Source of the DNA: Iamia sp. | Lineage (GTDB): Bacteria > Actinomycetota > Acidimicrobiia > Acidimicrobiales > Iamiaceae | Reading direction: 5' to 3' | Length of the DNA: 34,723 nucleotides | Assembly: GCA_036380755.1 (NCBI GenBank) | Contig: DASVEC010000532.1 | Span: 1-34,723 of the forward strand | Shown: piece after piece, positions 8,095 to 16,537 of the stretch | Position numbering within the stretch: the stretch's first letter is position 1 | How the letters are laid out: each line of letters begins with the position of its first letter | The notes under the pieces: generated by a model | Told to the model about the DNA's origin: nothing | Seen by the model: only the letters and a program-made list of their open reading frames with translations | The model's database searches: none | Made by a program: the position numbers and the translations under genes

Positions 8095-9842
8095 TCCGCA
8101 GCGACTGGCGCCGCCTGTCCACCCTCTTGCCCCACGGCGCCCGCAGCCTCGTCGGCGTCGCCGCCCTGGGCTTCCTGTCGGCGGCGCTGGAGGCCGTCGT
8201 CCTCGTGCTCGTCGTGGCGTCGGCCCTGGCCGTCACCGAGAGCCGGGACGTCGTCGACGTGCCGCTGTTCGGCTCGGCGCTCGATCCCACCGTCGGGCTC
8301 GTCGCCGCCGGGCTGGCGTCGGTGCTCAGCCTGCTGGGCCACGTCCTCATCGCCGACCGGTCGGCCCGGCTGTCGGCCCAGGTCAGCTCGACCGTGCGCA
8401 ACCTGGTGATCGACGCCTTCGCCGCCGCCGGCTGGGCCCGCCAGGCCGCCGATCGCGAGGGCGCCCTGCAGGAGACGGTCACGACCCTGGCCAACCAGTC
8501 CTCGCAGCTGGCCCTCAACTTCACCGGCCTGCTCGTCTCCGGCGTCAGCCTCGCCGCCCTGTTCGTCACCGCCTTCGTGGTCGATCCCGTCGTCACCGTG
8601 GTCGTCGTCGTGTTCGCGGGCCTGATCTTCCTGGTGCTGAGGCCCCTCAACCGCATCACCCGGCGGCGGGCCAAGCGCTGGGTCGGGATGGGCCGGGCGT
8701 TCGCCGAGGGTGTGGCCTCGTGGTCGACGATGGCCATGGACGTCCGCGTGTTCGGCGTCGAGGACGTGAAGCGCGACGAGCTCCGGCAGGCCAACGCCGA
8801 CCTGTCCCGCGCCATGTACCGCACGCGGGTCGTCGGCCGGGTGGGGTCCAACCTCTACAAGGACCTGGCGTTGCTGTTCCTCGTCGGCGCCGTCGCCGGG
8901 CTGCGGGCCGCCGGCGACGTCGACCTCACCGCGGTGGGCGCCGTGGTCCTCCTCATCGTGCGCTCGGTGAACTACGCCCAGCAGGCCCAGGGGTCCCTCC
9001 AGCAGGTCGGCGAGCTGTCGCCGAGCCTGGAGGCCGCCCTCGAGCGGGTCGAGTCGCTGCGCCAGGACACCGAGACCTGGGGCGATCGGCCGCTGGAGCG
9101 GATCACCGAGATCGGCCTGCGCGACGTCGGCTACGACTACGAGCCCGGGCGGGTCGGGGTCGACGGCATCGACGTCCGGATCGAGGCCGGCGACGTCCTC
9201 GGCGTCATCGGGCCCTCGGGCGGCGGGAAGTCGACGCTCGTGCAGCTGCTGCTCCGCCTGCGCCTTCCCACCCGCGGCAGCATCACGGTCTCCGGCGTGC
9301 CCTACGAGGAGCTCGATCCCGCCCACTGGCGCCGCCTCGTCGCCCTGGTGCCCCAGGAGCCCCGCCTGTTCGAGGGCACGGTGGCCGAGAACATCGCCTT
9401 CTTCCGCACCTGGGTGGGGCCCGACGACGTCGAGCAGGCGGCCGCCGCGGCCCACGTGCTGGACGACATCCGCCGTCTCGAGCACGGGATGGAGACCCGG
9501 CTCGGGCCGCGGGGCTCGGGCCTGTCGGGCGGCCAGAAGCAGCGCATCGCCATCGCCCGGGCCCTCGTCGGCCGGCCCCAGCTCCTCGTCCTCGACGAGC
9601 CCACCAGCGCCCTCGACCTCCGCTCCGAGGAGCTCCTCCAGGAGACGATCGACACCCTCAAGGGCGAGGTCACGATGGTGATCATCACCCACCGGCTCTC
9701 GACCCTGCGGTCGTGCGACCGGGTGCTGGTGCTCGAGCACGGCCGCCAGCAGCAGTTCGGCCCCCGCGAGGAGGTCCTGGCCACGGCGGCCTTCCTCTCC
9801 GGGATCATGGGCCCGCGGCCGGGTGAGGCCTCGGCCGGGTGA
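8091..9842 (+). CDS. Fused TMD-NBD ABC exporter, probable lipid-linked glycan flippase (PglK/Wzk/MsbA-like)
   Basis: N-terminal TM helices; Walker A GPSGGGKST, Q-loop VPQE, signature LSGGQKQR, Walker B LVLDE, H-loop ITHR; coupled to the GT operon. Confidence 0.88.
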   Translation: MIRSDWRRLSTLLPHGARSLVGVAALGFLSAALEAVVLVLVVASALAVTESRDVVDVPLFGSALDPTVGLVAAGLASVLSLLGHVLIADRSARLSAQVSSTVRNLVIDAFAAAGWARQAADREGALQETVTTLANQSSQLALNFTGLLVSGVSLAALFVTAFVVDPVVTVVVVVFAGLIFLVLRPLNRITRRRAKRWVGMGRAFAEGVASWSTMAMDVRVFGVEDVKRDELRQANADLSRAMYRTRVVGRVGSNLYKDLALLFLVGAVAGLRAAGDVDLTAVGAVVLLIVRSVNYAQQAQGSLQQVGELSPSLEAALERVESLRQDTETWGDRPLERITEIGLRDVGYDYEPGRVGVDGIDVRIEAGDVLGVIGPSGGGKSTLVQLLLRLRLPTRGSITVSGVPYEELDPAHWRRLVALVPQEPRLFEGTVAENIAFFRTWVGPDDVEQAAAAAHVLDDIRRLEHGMETRLGPRGSGLSGGQKQRIAIARALVGRPQLLVLDEPTSALDLRSEELLQETIDTLKGEVTMVIITHRLSTLRSCDRVLVLEHGRQQQFGPREEVLATAAFLSGIMGPRPGEASAG

Positions 9843-9849
9843 TCCGGGG

Positions 9850-10785
9850 TCAGGGCAGGAGCAGGGCGTCCTCGTAGCGGCCGGCCGGGATCCGATCCAC
9901 CCACGGCGCGAAGGCGGCGACGGGCTGCGGCTCGACCTCGCCGGCCAGCATGTCGTCGCGTGAGACGAAGGCGGAGAAGTGCTCGGCCACCGTCGCGAGG
10001 AAGGCGGCCAGCCCGGCCTGGCGCTCCAGCCGCACCGGGTCGACCTCGAGCCACAGCGGCACGCCGGCCGCCCACAGGTGGGTGGCGGTGGTGACGACGT
10101 CGGTCTCGCAGCCCTGCACGTCGGCCCAGACCAGGGCGACGTCGGTGGCCGCGACGCCCTGGTCGGCGAGCACCTGGTGCAGCGGCGCCGCCGGGACCGA
10201 GACGGTCGTGGGGGTGCCCCGGGCCTCCATGTCGGGCGACGTCCCCTCGACGACGACCTCGCTCCGCCCGGAGCCGTACCCGACCCACATGTCGACGTGG
10301 CCCGGTTCGGCCGCCACCGCGACCTGCACGGGGGTGATCGCCTCGGCGAGACCGCTGGCCGCGGCGTTGGCGGTGAGGAGGGCGAAGGTGCGGGGGACCG
10401 GCTCGACGGCGATGACCGGGAAGCCGGCCCGGGCGAAGGGGACGGTGGTGGTGCCGATGTTGGCCCCGACGTCGAGGACCGTGCCGGTGCGGCCCTGCTC
10501 CGCCAGCCAGCGCAGCACGGCGTCGATCTCCTCGCCCTCGTAGCTCCCGCAGCGGAACAGCTGGCGCCCGATCTCGTCACCCAGGTCGCTGCGCCAGACC
10601 ATCCCGTCGCGGGCGAAGGCGACCTCGACGACCTCCTCGGCGACGAGGAGCGACGAGACCAGGTCGCGCGTGAAGTCCTCGTCGGTCAGCCGCCTGACCT
10701 GCCGCCCGAACTGGGGCCCGGCGCCCACGACGAGGGCCTTCACCATCCGGAGGATCGCCACCGGTCGGCGGAGCAGACGCCACAT
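9850..10785 (-). CDS. FkbM-family methyltransferase
   Basis: VLDVGANIGTT, AVEPVP, WADVQGCE (variant of KIDVEG.E); TACCAT box 6 nt before ATG 10785. Confidence 0.88.
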   Translation of the reverse strand: MWRLLRRPVAILRMVKALVVGAGPQFGRQVRRLTDEDFTRDLVSSLLVAEEVVEVAFARDGMVWRSDLGDEIGRQLFRCGSYEGEEIDAVLRWLAEQGRTGTVLDVGANIGTTTVPFARAGFPVIAVEPVPRTFALLTANAAASGLAEAITPVQVAVAAEPGHVDMWVGYGSGRSEVVVEGTSPDMEARGTPTTVSVPAAPLHQVLADQGVAATDVALVWADVQGCETDVVTTATHLWAAGVPLWLEVDPVRLERQAGLAAFLATVAEHFSAFVSRDDMLAGEVEPQPVAAFAPWVDRIPAGRYEDALLLP

Positions 10786-10852
10786 CGGCGCATGGTACGT
10801 CCCCCCTCTGGCGTCTCCGGTTCCGGACCGGCCCGCCGGTAACGTGGTGCCG
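10786..10852. promoter_or_regulatory. Back-to-back divergent leaderless promoters for the FkbM gene and fcl
   Basis: TACCAT (- strand, 10797-10792) 6 nt before ATG 10785; TAACGT (+ strand, 10840-10845) 7 nt before ATG 10853. Confidence 0.55.
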
Positions 10853-11803
10853 ATGATGGACCGGGACGCACGGGTGTTCGTGGCCGGGCACCGTGGGCTG
10901 GTCGGCTCGGCGCTCGTGCGCCGCCTCGAGGCCGCCGGGGTGGGCCACGTCCTCACCGCCACGCGCGAGCAGCTCGACCTGCGCGACCAGGCCGCGGTCA
11001 CCGAGTGGTTCCGGGCCAACCGCCCCGACTACGTCTTCCTGGTGGCGGGCACCGTGGGCGGGATCATGGCCAACTCCACCCGGCCGGCCGAGTTCCTCTA
11101 CGACAACATGATGATGCACGGCACCGTCGTCCACGCGTCGTACGAGTTCCCGGTGCGGAAGCTGCTCTACCTGGGCAGCTCGTGCATCTACCCCCGCCAG
11201 TCGCAGATGCCGATCACCGAGGACCAGCTCCTCACCGGCCCCCTGGAGCCCACCAACGAGGCCTACGCCCTGGCCAAGATCGCGGGCATCAAGCTGTGCC
11301 AGGCGTACCGGGTCCAGTACGGCTGCGACTTCGTCTCGGCCATGCCCACCAACCTCTACGGGCCCAACGACAACTTCGACCTCGACAGCAGCCACGTGCT
11401 GCCCGCCCTCATCCGCAAGTTCCACGACGCCCGGGTGGCCGGTCGGGACTCGGTCGTGATCTGGGGCACCGGCAGCCCCATGCGCGAGTTCCTCCACGTC
11501 GACGATCTGGCCGACGCCTGCCTCCACCTGATGGACCACTACGACGGCGAGGGGCACGTCAACGTGGGCACCGGGGAGGACATCTCGATCCGCGAGCTGG
11601 CCGAGACGGTGCGGGCGGTCGTGCACCCCGACGCCGAGCTCGTCTTCGACACGTCCAAGCCCGACGGCATGCCCCGCAAGGTCCTCGACGTCACCCGCCT
11701 GCACGGCCTGGGCTGGCAGCACCAGATCGAGCTCTCCGAGGGCGTGAAGGCGACCTACGACTGGTTCACGGCCACCGACCCCGCCCTCATCCGCGGGCTC
11801 TGA
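10853..11803 (+). CDS. fcl: GDP-L-fucose synthase (GDP-4-keto-6-deoxymannose epimerase/reductase)
   Basis: AGHRGLVGSA, LGSSCIYP, YALAK, MPTNLYGPNDNF, SHVLPALIRKF, WGTGSPMREFLHVDDLA, KPDGMPRK. Confidence 0.96.
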   Translation: MMDRDARVFVAGHRGLVGSALVRRLEAAGVGHVLTATREQLDLRDQAAVTEWFRANRPDYVFLVAGTVGGIMANSTRPAEFLYDNMMMHGTVVHASYEFPVRKLLYLGSSCIYPRQSQMPITEDQLLTGPLEPTNEAYALAKIAGIKLCQAYRVQYGCDFVSAMPTNLYGPNDNFDLDSSHVLPALIRKFHDARVAGRDSVVIWGTGSPMREFLHVDDLADACLHLMDHYDGEGHVNVGTGEDISIRELAETVRAVVHPDAELVFDTSKPDGMPRKVLDVTRLHGLGWQHQIELSEGVKATYDWFTATDPALIRGL

Positions 11804-12986
11804 CGGCGCTCGCCAGCACCTCGCCGATCCGGTCGGCGATGCGCCCGATGTCGAAGGTCGCGGTGGCGTAGGCGCGGGCGGCGGCCCCGGCCGCGGCCCG
11901 GCGCTCGTCGTCGGCGAGGAGGTCGGCCACGGCGGCGGCGAAGGCGGCGTGGTCGCCCGGCCGGGTCACCACGCCGGCTCCGGCCCGCTCCACGGTGGCC
12001 GTGGCCAGGTTGCCGGCCGGCATGGCCGCCACCACCGGACGCCCCGCGGCCAGGTAGGCCAGGACCTTCGACGGCACGCTGAAGGTGCCGGCCTCGTCCT
12101 CCAGCAGCACCAGGGTGACGTCGGCCGCGCCGAGCACCTGCGGGAGCTCGGCGTAGGGCACGTAGTCGAGCAGGACGAGCACGTCGTCGAGGGCCGTCGC
12201 CGTCCGGGCCCGCTCCAGCTCGTCGCGACCCCGGCCCTCGGTGACGACGACGAGACGGGCGCCGGTGCCCCGCAGCCGCTCCGCCGCGGCCACGAGGTGG
12301 GCGGGGTCGTGCTTGAGCCCGAGGGTGCCGGCGTACAGCGCCACCGGCCGATCGTGCAGGCCGTGGGTCCGCGACCAGGGGTTGTCCTTGGGCTCGAGGG
12401 TGATCTCGTCCAGCGGGGCCCAGTTCTCGACCACCGTCGTCGGCACCGACACCGATCGTCGGTCGAGCTCGGTCACGAAGTCCTCGCTGATCACGATGGC
12501 CCGGTCGGACCGCCGCAGCAGGCGGGTCTCGAGCCGCTCGAGGCCGGCGCCGAGGGTACGGCCCAGCAGGGGCGAGCGGGCGGTCAGGACACCGCGGGTG
12601 CCCCGGCCCAAGAAGTCCTGCACCCAGTACACCCGGGCCGCCCCGACCGATGCCGCCGCCGCCCACAGGGCCGCCTGGGCCAGGAGCGGGGTGTTCCCGG
12701 AGAGCACGACGTCGGGGCGGGTGCGCCGGACGTGCCGGGCCAGGCGGGCGCCGTAGCGGGCCTCGCTGGCGATCCGCTTCGGGGGCGAGTAGCGCTCGAA
12801 GGCGGTGGGGGAGATGTCGCTGAAGCGCAGGGTGGCGGGGTCGTCGGGGCGTCGCTCGAGGTCGCCGCGACCGGTGGCCACCCCGGAGCAGAAGGCGTGG
12901 TCGACCTCGACCCCGCGCCGGGCCAGGGTGCGGGCCAGCTGGGCGGGGAACGGGTGACCGGCGAAGTCGTGGAGCAGCAGCCTCAC
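11787..12986 (-). CDS. GT4 glycosyltransferase, WcaI-like
   Basis: YWVQDF, VENWA, LYAGTLGLKH, SVPSKVLAYLAAGRPVV; converges on fcl with a 17-bp 3' overlap. Confidence 0.87.
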   Translation of the reverse strand: MRLLLHDFAGHPFPAQLARTLARRGVEVDHAFCSGVATGRGDLERRPDDPATLRFSDISPTAFERYSPPKRIASEARYGARLARHVRRTRPDVVLSGNTPLLAQAALWAAAASVGAARVYWVQDFLGRGTRGVLTARSPLLGRTLGAGLERLETRLLRRSDRAIVISEDFVTELDRRSVSVPTTVVENWAPLDEITLEPKDNPWSRTHGLHDRPVALYAGTLGLKHDPAHLVAAAERLRGTGARLVVVTEGRGRDELERARTATALDDVLVLLDYVPYAELPQVLGAADVTLVLLEDEAGTFSVPSKVLAYLAAGRPVVAAMPAGNLATATVERAGAGVVTRPGDHAAFAAAVADLLADDERRAAAGAAARAYATATFDIGRIADRIGEVLASAVRARG

Positions 12987-13011
12987 GGCACCAGGAGGGT
13001 GGCTCGGCCTC

Positions 13012-13776
13012 TCAGTGGGCGCCGACTCGGCCGACCACGACGCGGGCGGTCCGGGCCACGATCTTGAGATCGGTGAGGAGGCTCTGGTCGGCCAGATAGC
13101 GCAGGTCGAGCTCGACCCGCTGGTCGTAGCTCAGGCTGCTGCGCCCGCTGACCTGCCACAGTCCGGTGAGACCGGGGCGGGCGGCGAGGAAGGCGTCGTG
13201 GGCGCCCCGCGAGGTGTACTCGATCAGCTCGGGCTCGACGATGGGCCGGGGCCCGACCATGCTCATGTCGCCCCGGAGGACGCTGACCAGCTGGGGCAGC
13301 TCGTCGAGGCTCGACGACCGGAGGAAGCGGCCCCAGCGGCTGAGACGGGGGTCCTCCTCGGAGGGCAGCTTGAACCCGTTGGCCACGTAGCGGTCGAACA
13401 GCTCGGGGTCGGACCGGAGCCGGTCCTCGGCGTCGGGGGCCATGCTGCGGAACTTGCGGACGTGGATGATGCGCCCGCCCTGGCCCAGGCGGCGCTGGGT
13501 GAAGAAGACGGGCCCGCCCTCGATGCGCACGATGAGGGCCACCAGCCAGAACAGCGGGAAGGCGACGACGATGAGCCCGGCGGACACGACGATGTCGAGG
13601 CCCCGCTTCCAGGCCGGGATGGCGAGGCGCACCTCGTCGACCAGGGACGGGGTCGCCACCACCCGTCCGGACGCGACGTCCGACGAGGCCCGGGAGATGG
13701 CCTCCGTGGTGCTCATCGGCGGGGGCACCGCCGTTCGTGTCGTTCCAGGCTCACCCATGCTCCCATCGGTGGTCAT
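13012..13776 (-). CDS. Short priming sugar (phosphoglycosyl) transferase, bacterial sugar transferase family
   Basis: [54 protein letters not shown]. Confidence 0.92.
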   Translation of the reverse strand: MTTDGSMGEPGTTRTAVPPPMSTTEAISRASSDVASGRVVATPSLVDEVRLAIPAWKRGLDIVVSAGLIVVAFPLFWLVALIVRIEGGPVFFTQRRLGQGGRIIHVRKFRSMAPDAEDRLRSDPELFDRYVANGFKLPSEEDPRLSRWGRFLRSSSLDELPQLVSVLRGDMSMVGPRPIVEPELIEYTSRGAHDAFLAARPGLTGLWQVSGRSSLSYDQRVELDLRYLADQSLLTDLKIVARTARVVVGRVGAH

Positions 13777-13893
13777 TCGCCCCCGTGGAGCCGTGACCTC
13801 TGTCGCTTGCTGAACCTACCAGTGGTCGCCCCCGGGGCCCGCCATCCGACCGGCCGGTTCGCCAGACGTTCACGGGCCCGGCAGGCTGGGGTC

Positions 13894-14460
13894 ATGGGTC
13901 GCACCTTCGATGCCATCCCCGACCACCTCGCCGAGTGGATGGGCGAGCAGCCGGTCTTCTTCGTCGCCACCGCCCCGCTCGGCGCCGACGGGCACGTGAA
14001 CCTGTCGCCCAAGGGGGGTGACACCTTCCGGGTGGTGTCGCCCACCGAGGTGGCCTACCTCGACCTCACCGGCAGCGGGGCCGAGACGATCGCCCACACC
14101 CGCGAGAACGGCCGGCTGACGGTCATGTTCTGCTCGTTCGACGCCAAGCCGCTGATCCTCCGGCTCTACGGCCGGGGGTCGTGCGTGCAGCCCGGCGATC
14201 CCGGCTGGGACGAGCTGGCCGCCCGGTTCCCCGCCCGGCCCGGCATCCGCTCGGTCATCAGCCTCGCGGTCGAGAGGGTGGGGACCTCCTGCGGCTACGC
14301 CGTGCCCCGGATGGATCTGGTCGAGCCCCGGACGATGCTCGACGAGTGGTCGGCGCGGAAGGGTCCCGAGGCCCTGGTCGACTACCGGGCCGAGAAGAAC
14401 AGCACCAGCATCGACGGCCTGCCCGCGCTCGGCGGCGAGCCGGCGACGACGACGCCGTAG
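13894..14460 (+). CDS. Pyridoxamine 5'-phosphate oxidase-like FMN-binding protein
   Basis: FFVATAP, VNLSPKG, YLDLTGSGAETIAH, MFCSFD, TSCGYAVP motifs. Confidence 0.85.
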   Translation: MGRTFDAIPDHLAEWMGEQPVFFVATAPLGADGHVNLSPKGGDTFRVVSPTEVAYLDLTGSGAETIAHTRENGRLTVMFCSFDAKPLILRLYGRGSCVQPGDPGWDELAARFPARPGIRSVISLAVERVGTSCGYAVPRMDLVEPRTMLDEWSARKGPEALVDYRAEKNSTSIDGLPALGGEPATTTP

Positions 14461-14469
14461 CCTGACGCC

Positions 14470-15579
14470 ATGCACCTCGAGCGGATGGAGCGCGTGCGGG
14501 CCGCCATGGCGGCCCATGGCGTCGACGTCCTCCTCCTGTCGGTCGGGCCCGACCTGCCCTGGTTGACCGGCTACGAGGCCATGCCGCTCGAGCGGCTGAC
14601 CATGCTCGTCGTGCCCCGCAGCGGCGACGCCACCCTGGTCGTGCCCCGGCTGGAGGCGCCCCGGGTGGTCGAGCGGCCCGACGTGTTCGGCCTGCGCCCG
14701 TGGGGCGAGCTCGAGGACCCCGTGGCCCTGGTGGCCGGTCTCGTCGGCCCGGCCGGCACCGTGGCCATCGGCGATCGCACCTGGGCCCGCTTCGTCCTCG
14801 ACCTCCAGGGCACGATGGGCGACGCGACCCGGTGGCAGCGGGCGGCCCCCCTCGTCGGCCCGCTGCGGGCCCGCAAGGATCCCGACGAGGTCGCCGCCCT
14901 CCGCGACGCGGCCGAGGCCGCCGATCGGGTGGCCGCCCAGCTCCAGGGGGGCGAGATCCGGCTGATCGGCCGGACCGAGGCCGAGGTGTCGGCGGAGATC
15001 GGCCGGCGTCTGGTCGACGAGGGCCACCACCGGGTCAACTTCGCCATCGTCGGCACCGGTCCCAACGCCGCCAGCCCGCACCACGAGGCGGGCCCGGCCG
15101 TCATCGCCCCCGGGCAGGTCCTGCTCTGCGACTTCGGGGGCACCTGGCCCACGGACTCGGGCGCCGGGTACTGCTCCGACATCACCCGCTGCGTCGCCGT
15201 CGGCCCACCCGCCCCCGAGGTGGCCGAGGCCTACGCCGTCCTCCAGGCGGCCCAGGCGGCGTCGGTCGCCTCGGCTCGGGTGGGGGTCACGTGCGAGGCC
15301 GTCGACGCCGCCGCCCGCCAGCCCATCACCGAGGCCGGCTACGGCGACCGCTTCATCCACCGCACCGGCCACGGCATCGGCGTGGAGGAGCACGAGGACC
15401 CCTACATCGTCGAGGGCAACCGGACCCCGCTCGAACCCGGCCACGCCTTCTCGGTCGAGCCCGGCATCTACACGCCTGGGGCCTGGGGCCTGCGGCTGGA
15501 GGACATCGTCGTCGCCACCGAGGCCGGGCCGCTGGCGCTCAACCGGGCCGACCACGACCTCGTCGTCGTCGAGGTCTAG
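14470..15579 (+). CDS. Xaa-Pro peptidase, M24B family (PepQ/PepE-like)
   Basis: ASPHH, CDFGG, YCSDITR, HRTGHGIG, EHE, SVEPGIY, RLEDIV metal-ligand motifs. Confidence 0.93.
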   Translation: MHLERMERVRAAMAAHGVDVLLLSVGPDLPWLTGYEAMPLERLTMLVVPRSGDATLVVPRLEAPRVVERPDVFGLRPWGELEDPVALVAGLVGPAGTVAIGDRTWARFVLDLQGTMGDATRWQRAAPLVGPLRARKDPDEVAALRDAAEAADRVAAQLQGGEIRLIGRTEAEVSAEIGRRLVDEGHHRVNFAIVGTGPNAASPHHEAGPAVIAPGQVLLCDFGGTWPTDSGAGYCSDITRCVAVGPPAPEVAEAYAVLQAAQAASVASARVGVTCEAVDAAARQPITEAGYGDRFIHRTGHGIGVEEHEDPYIVEGNRTPLEPGHAFSVEPGIYTPGAWGLRLEDIVVATEAGPLALNRADHDLVVVEV

Positions 15580-16496
15580 GCCCGGAGGTCGAGGCCGGCG
15601 GGGACGGCGGCCCCGTGGGCCCGGACCAGATCCTCGGCCATGGTGGCCAGGCGATCGACCACGGCGGGCTCGGCGGTCGTGGTGCGGTCGGTGAACCAGG
15701 CCTCCGACGACCGCCGGACCAGGCGGGGGGCGATGCGGCGGTTCCACACCGGCCGGCGGAGGGGCCGCGGCCGCGGCCGGGGCCGCAGCTCGGTGGCCAG
15801 GAGGCGGCGGTTGAGCGTGAGCTCGAGGGCGGGGTGGCCGACGGCGGCGTCGTTGTGGCGGGGGAGGGGGACGGCGCCGAGCCGGTCGAGCCCCGGCAGG
15901 TCGAGGCGGGCGGCCACGCCGCGCCAGACGGCGGCGGCGTCGCGGATCAGGTCCTCGAACCAGACGACGGCCACGGCATCGGCCCCGAAGGCGGCGTCGT
16001 AGGCCGCCACGGTCACGTCCCAGCTGGCCATCCCCCGGCCGGCGTCGATGTCGGCGACGGTGCGGGTCAGGAAGCGGTCGTAGGTCTCGGCGTACCCACC
16101 CCGGACGAAGAACCGGTGGTTCGACCGCAGCCAGGGCCGGGGCTGCCGCAGCGTCACCAGCACCCGGGCGTCCCAGCCCGTCGCCGCCACCTGGGCGGCC
16201 ATCTCGGCCGGCGAGGCCAGCGGCAGGAACCACTCGCGAGGGGTGCCGGCCAGGGCTTCGGCCGAGAACACCACGGGGAGGTCCGGGTCCGTGCGCGACG
16301 CCGCCAGGTGCCGGTCGAGATCCGTGCCGGTGAGGGTGCCGGCCACCGCCGCCTCCTGCACCCGCCGGCCGTCGAGCCCACCGGGCCGGTCGAAGGGCTT
16401 GGCCGCCGTGTTCGGCCACCCCCGCAGGGTCTCCTGGAGCGAGGTGGTGCCCGTCTTGGGGAGGCCGATGTGGAAGAGCACCGGCCCCGTCGTCAT
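15576..16496 (-). CDS. Sulfotransferase-like P-loop protein
   Basis: FHIGLPKTGTTSLQ (5'-PSB), VFSAEAL, TLRQPRPWLRS (3'-PB-like), WFEDL; shares CTAG stop overlap with the peptidase gene. Confidence 0.75.
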   Translation of the reverse strand: MTTGPVLFHIGLPKTGTTSLQETLRGWPNTAAKPFDRPGGLDGRRVQEAAVAGTLTGTDLDRHLAASRTDPDLPVVFSAEALAGTPREWFLPLASPAEMAAQVAATGWDARVLVTLRQPRPWLRSNHRFFVRGGYAETYDRFLTRTVADIDAGRGMASWDVTVAAYDAAFGADAVAVVWFEDLIRDAAAVWRGVAARLDLPGLDRLGAVPLPRHNDAAVGHPALELTLNRRLLATELRPRPRPRPLRRPVWNRRIAPRLVRRSSEAWFTDRTTTAEPAVVDRLATMAEDLVRAHGAAVPAGLDLRA

Positions 16497-16537
16497 CCCC
16501 CCAGGATGGCCCGACGCCCGTCGGCGGCGGGCGACCG

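Noticed and set aside
15576-15579. Convergent genes sharing a CTAG double stop (also at 31630-31633)
   Set aside because: Common compact arrangement in high-GC genomes; no further signal.
15762-15787. Short hexamer repeat encoding RPRPRPRP as a phase-variation tract
   Set aside because: Only about four imperfect units, a multiple of 3, and unremarkable in GC-rich DNA.
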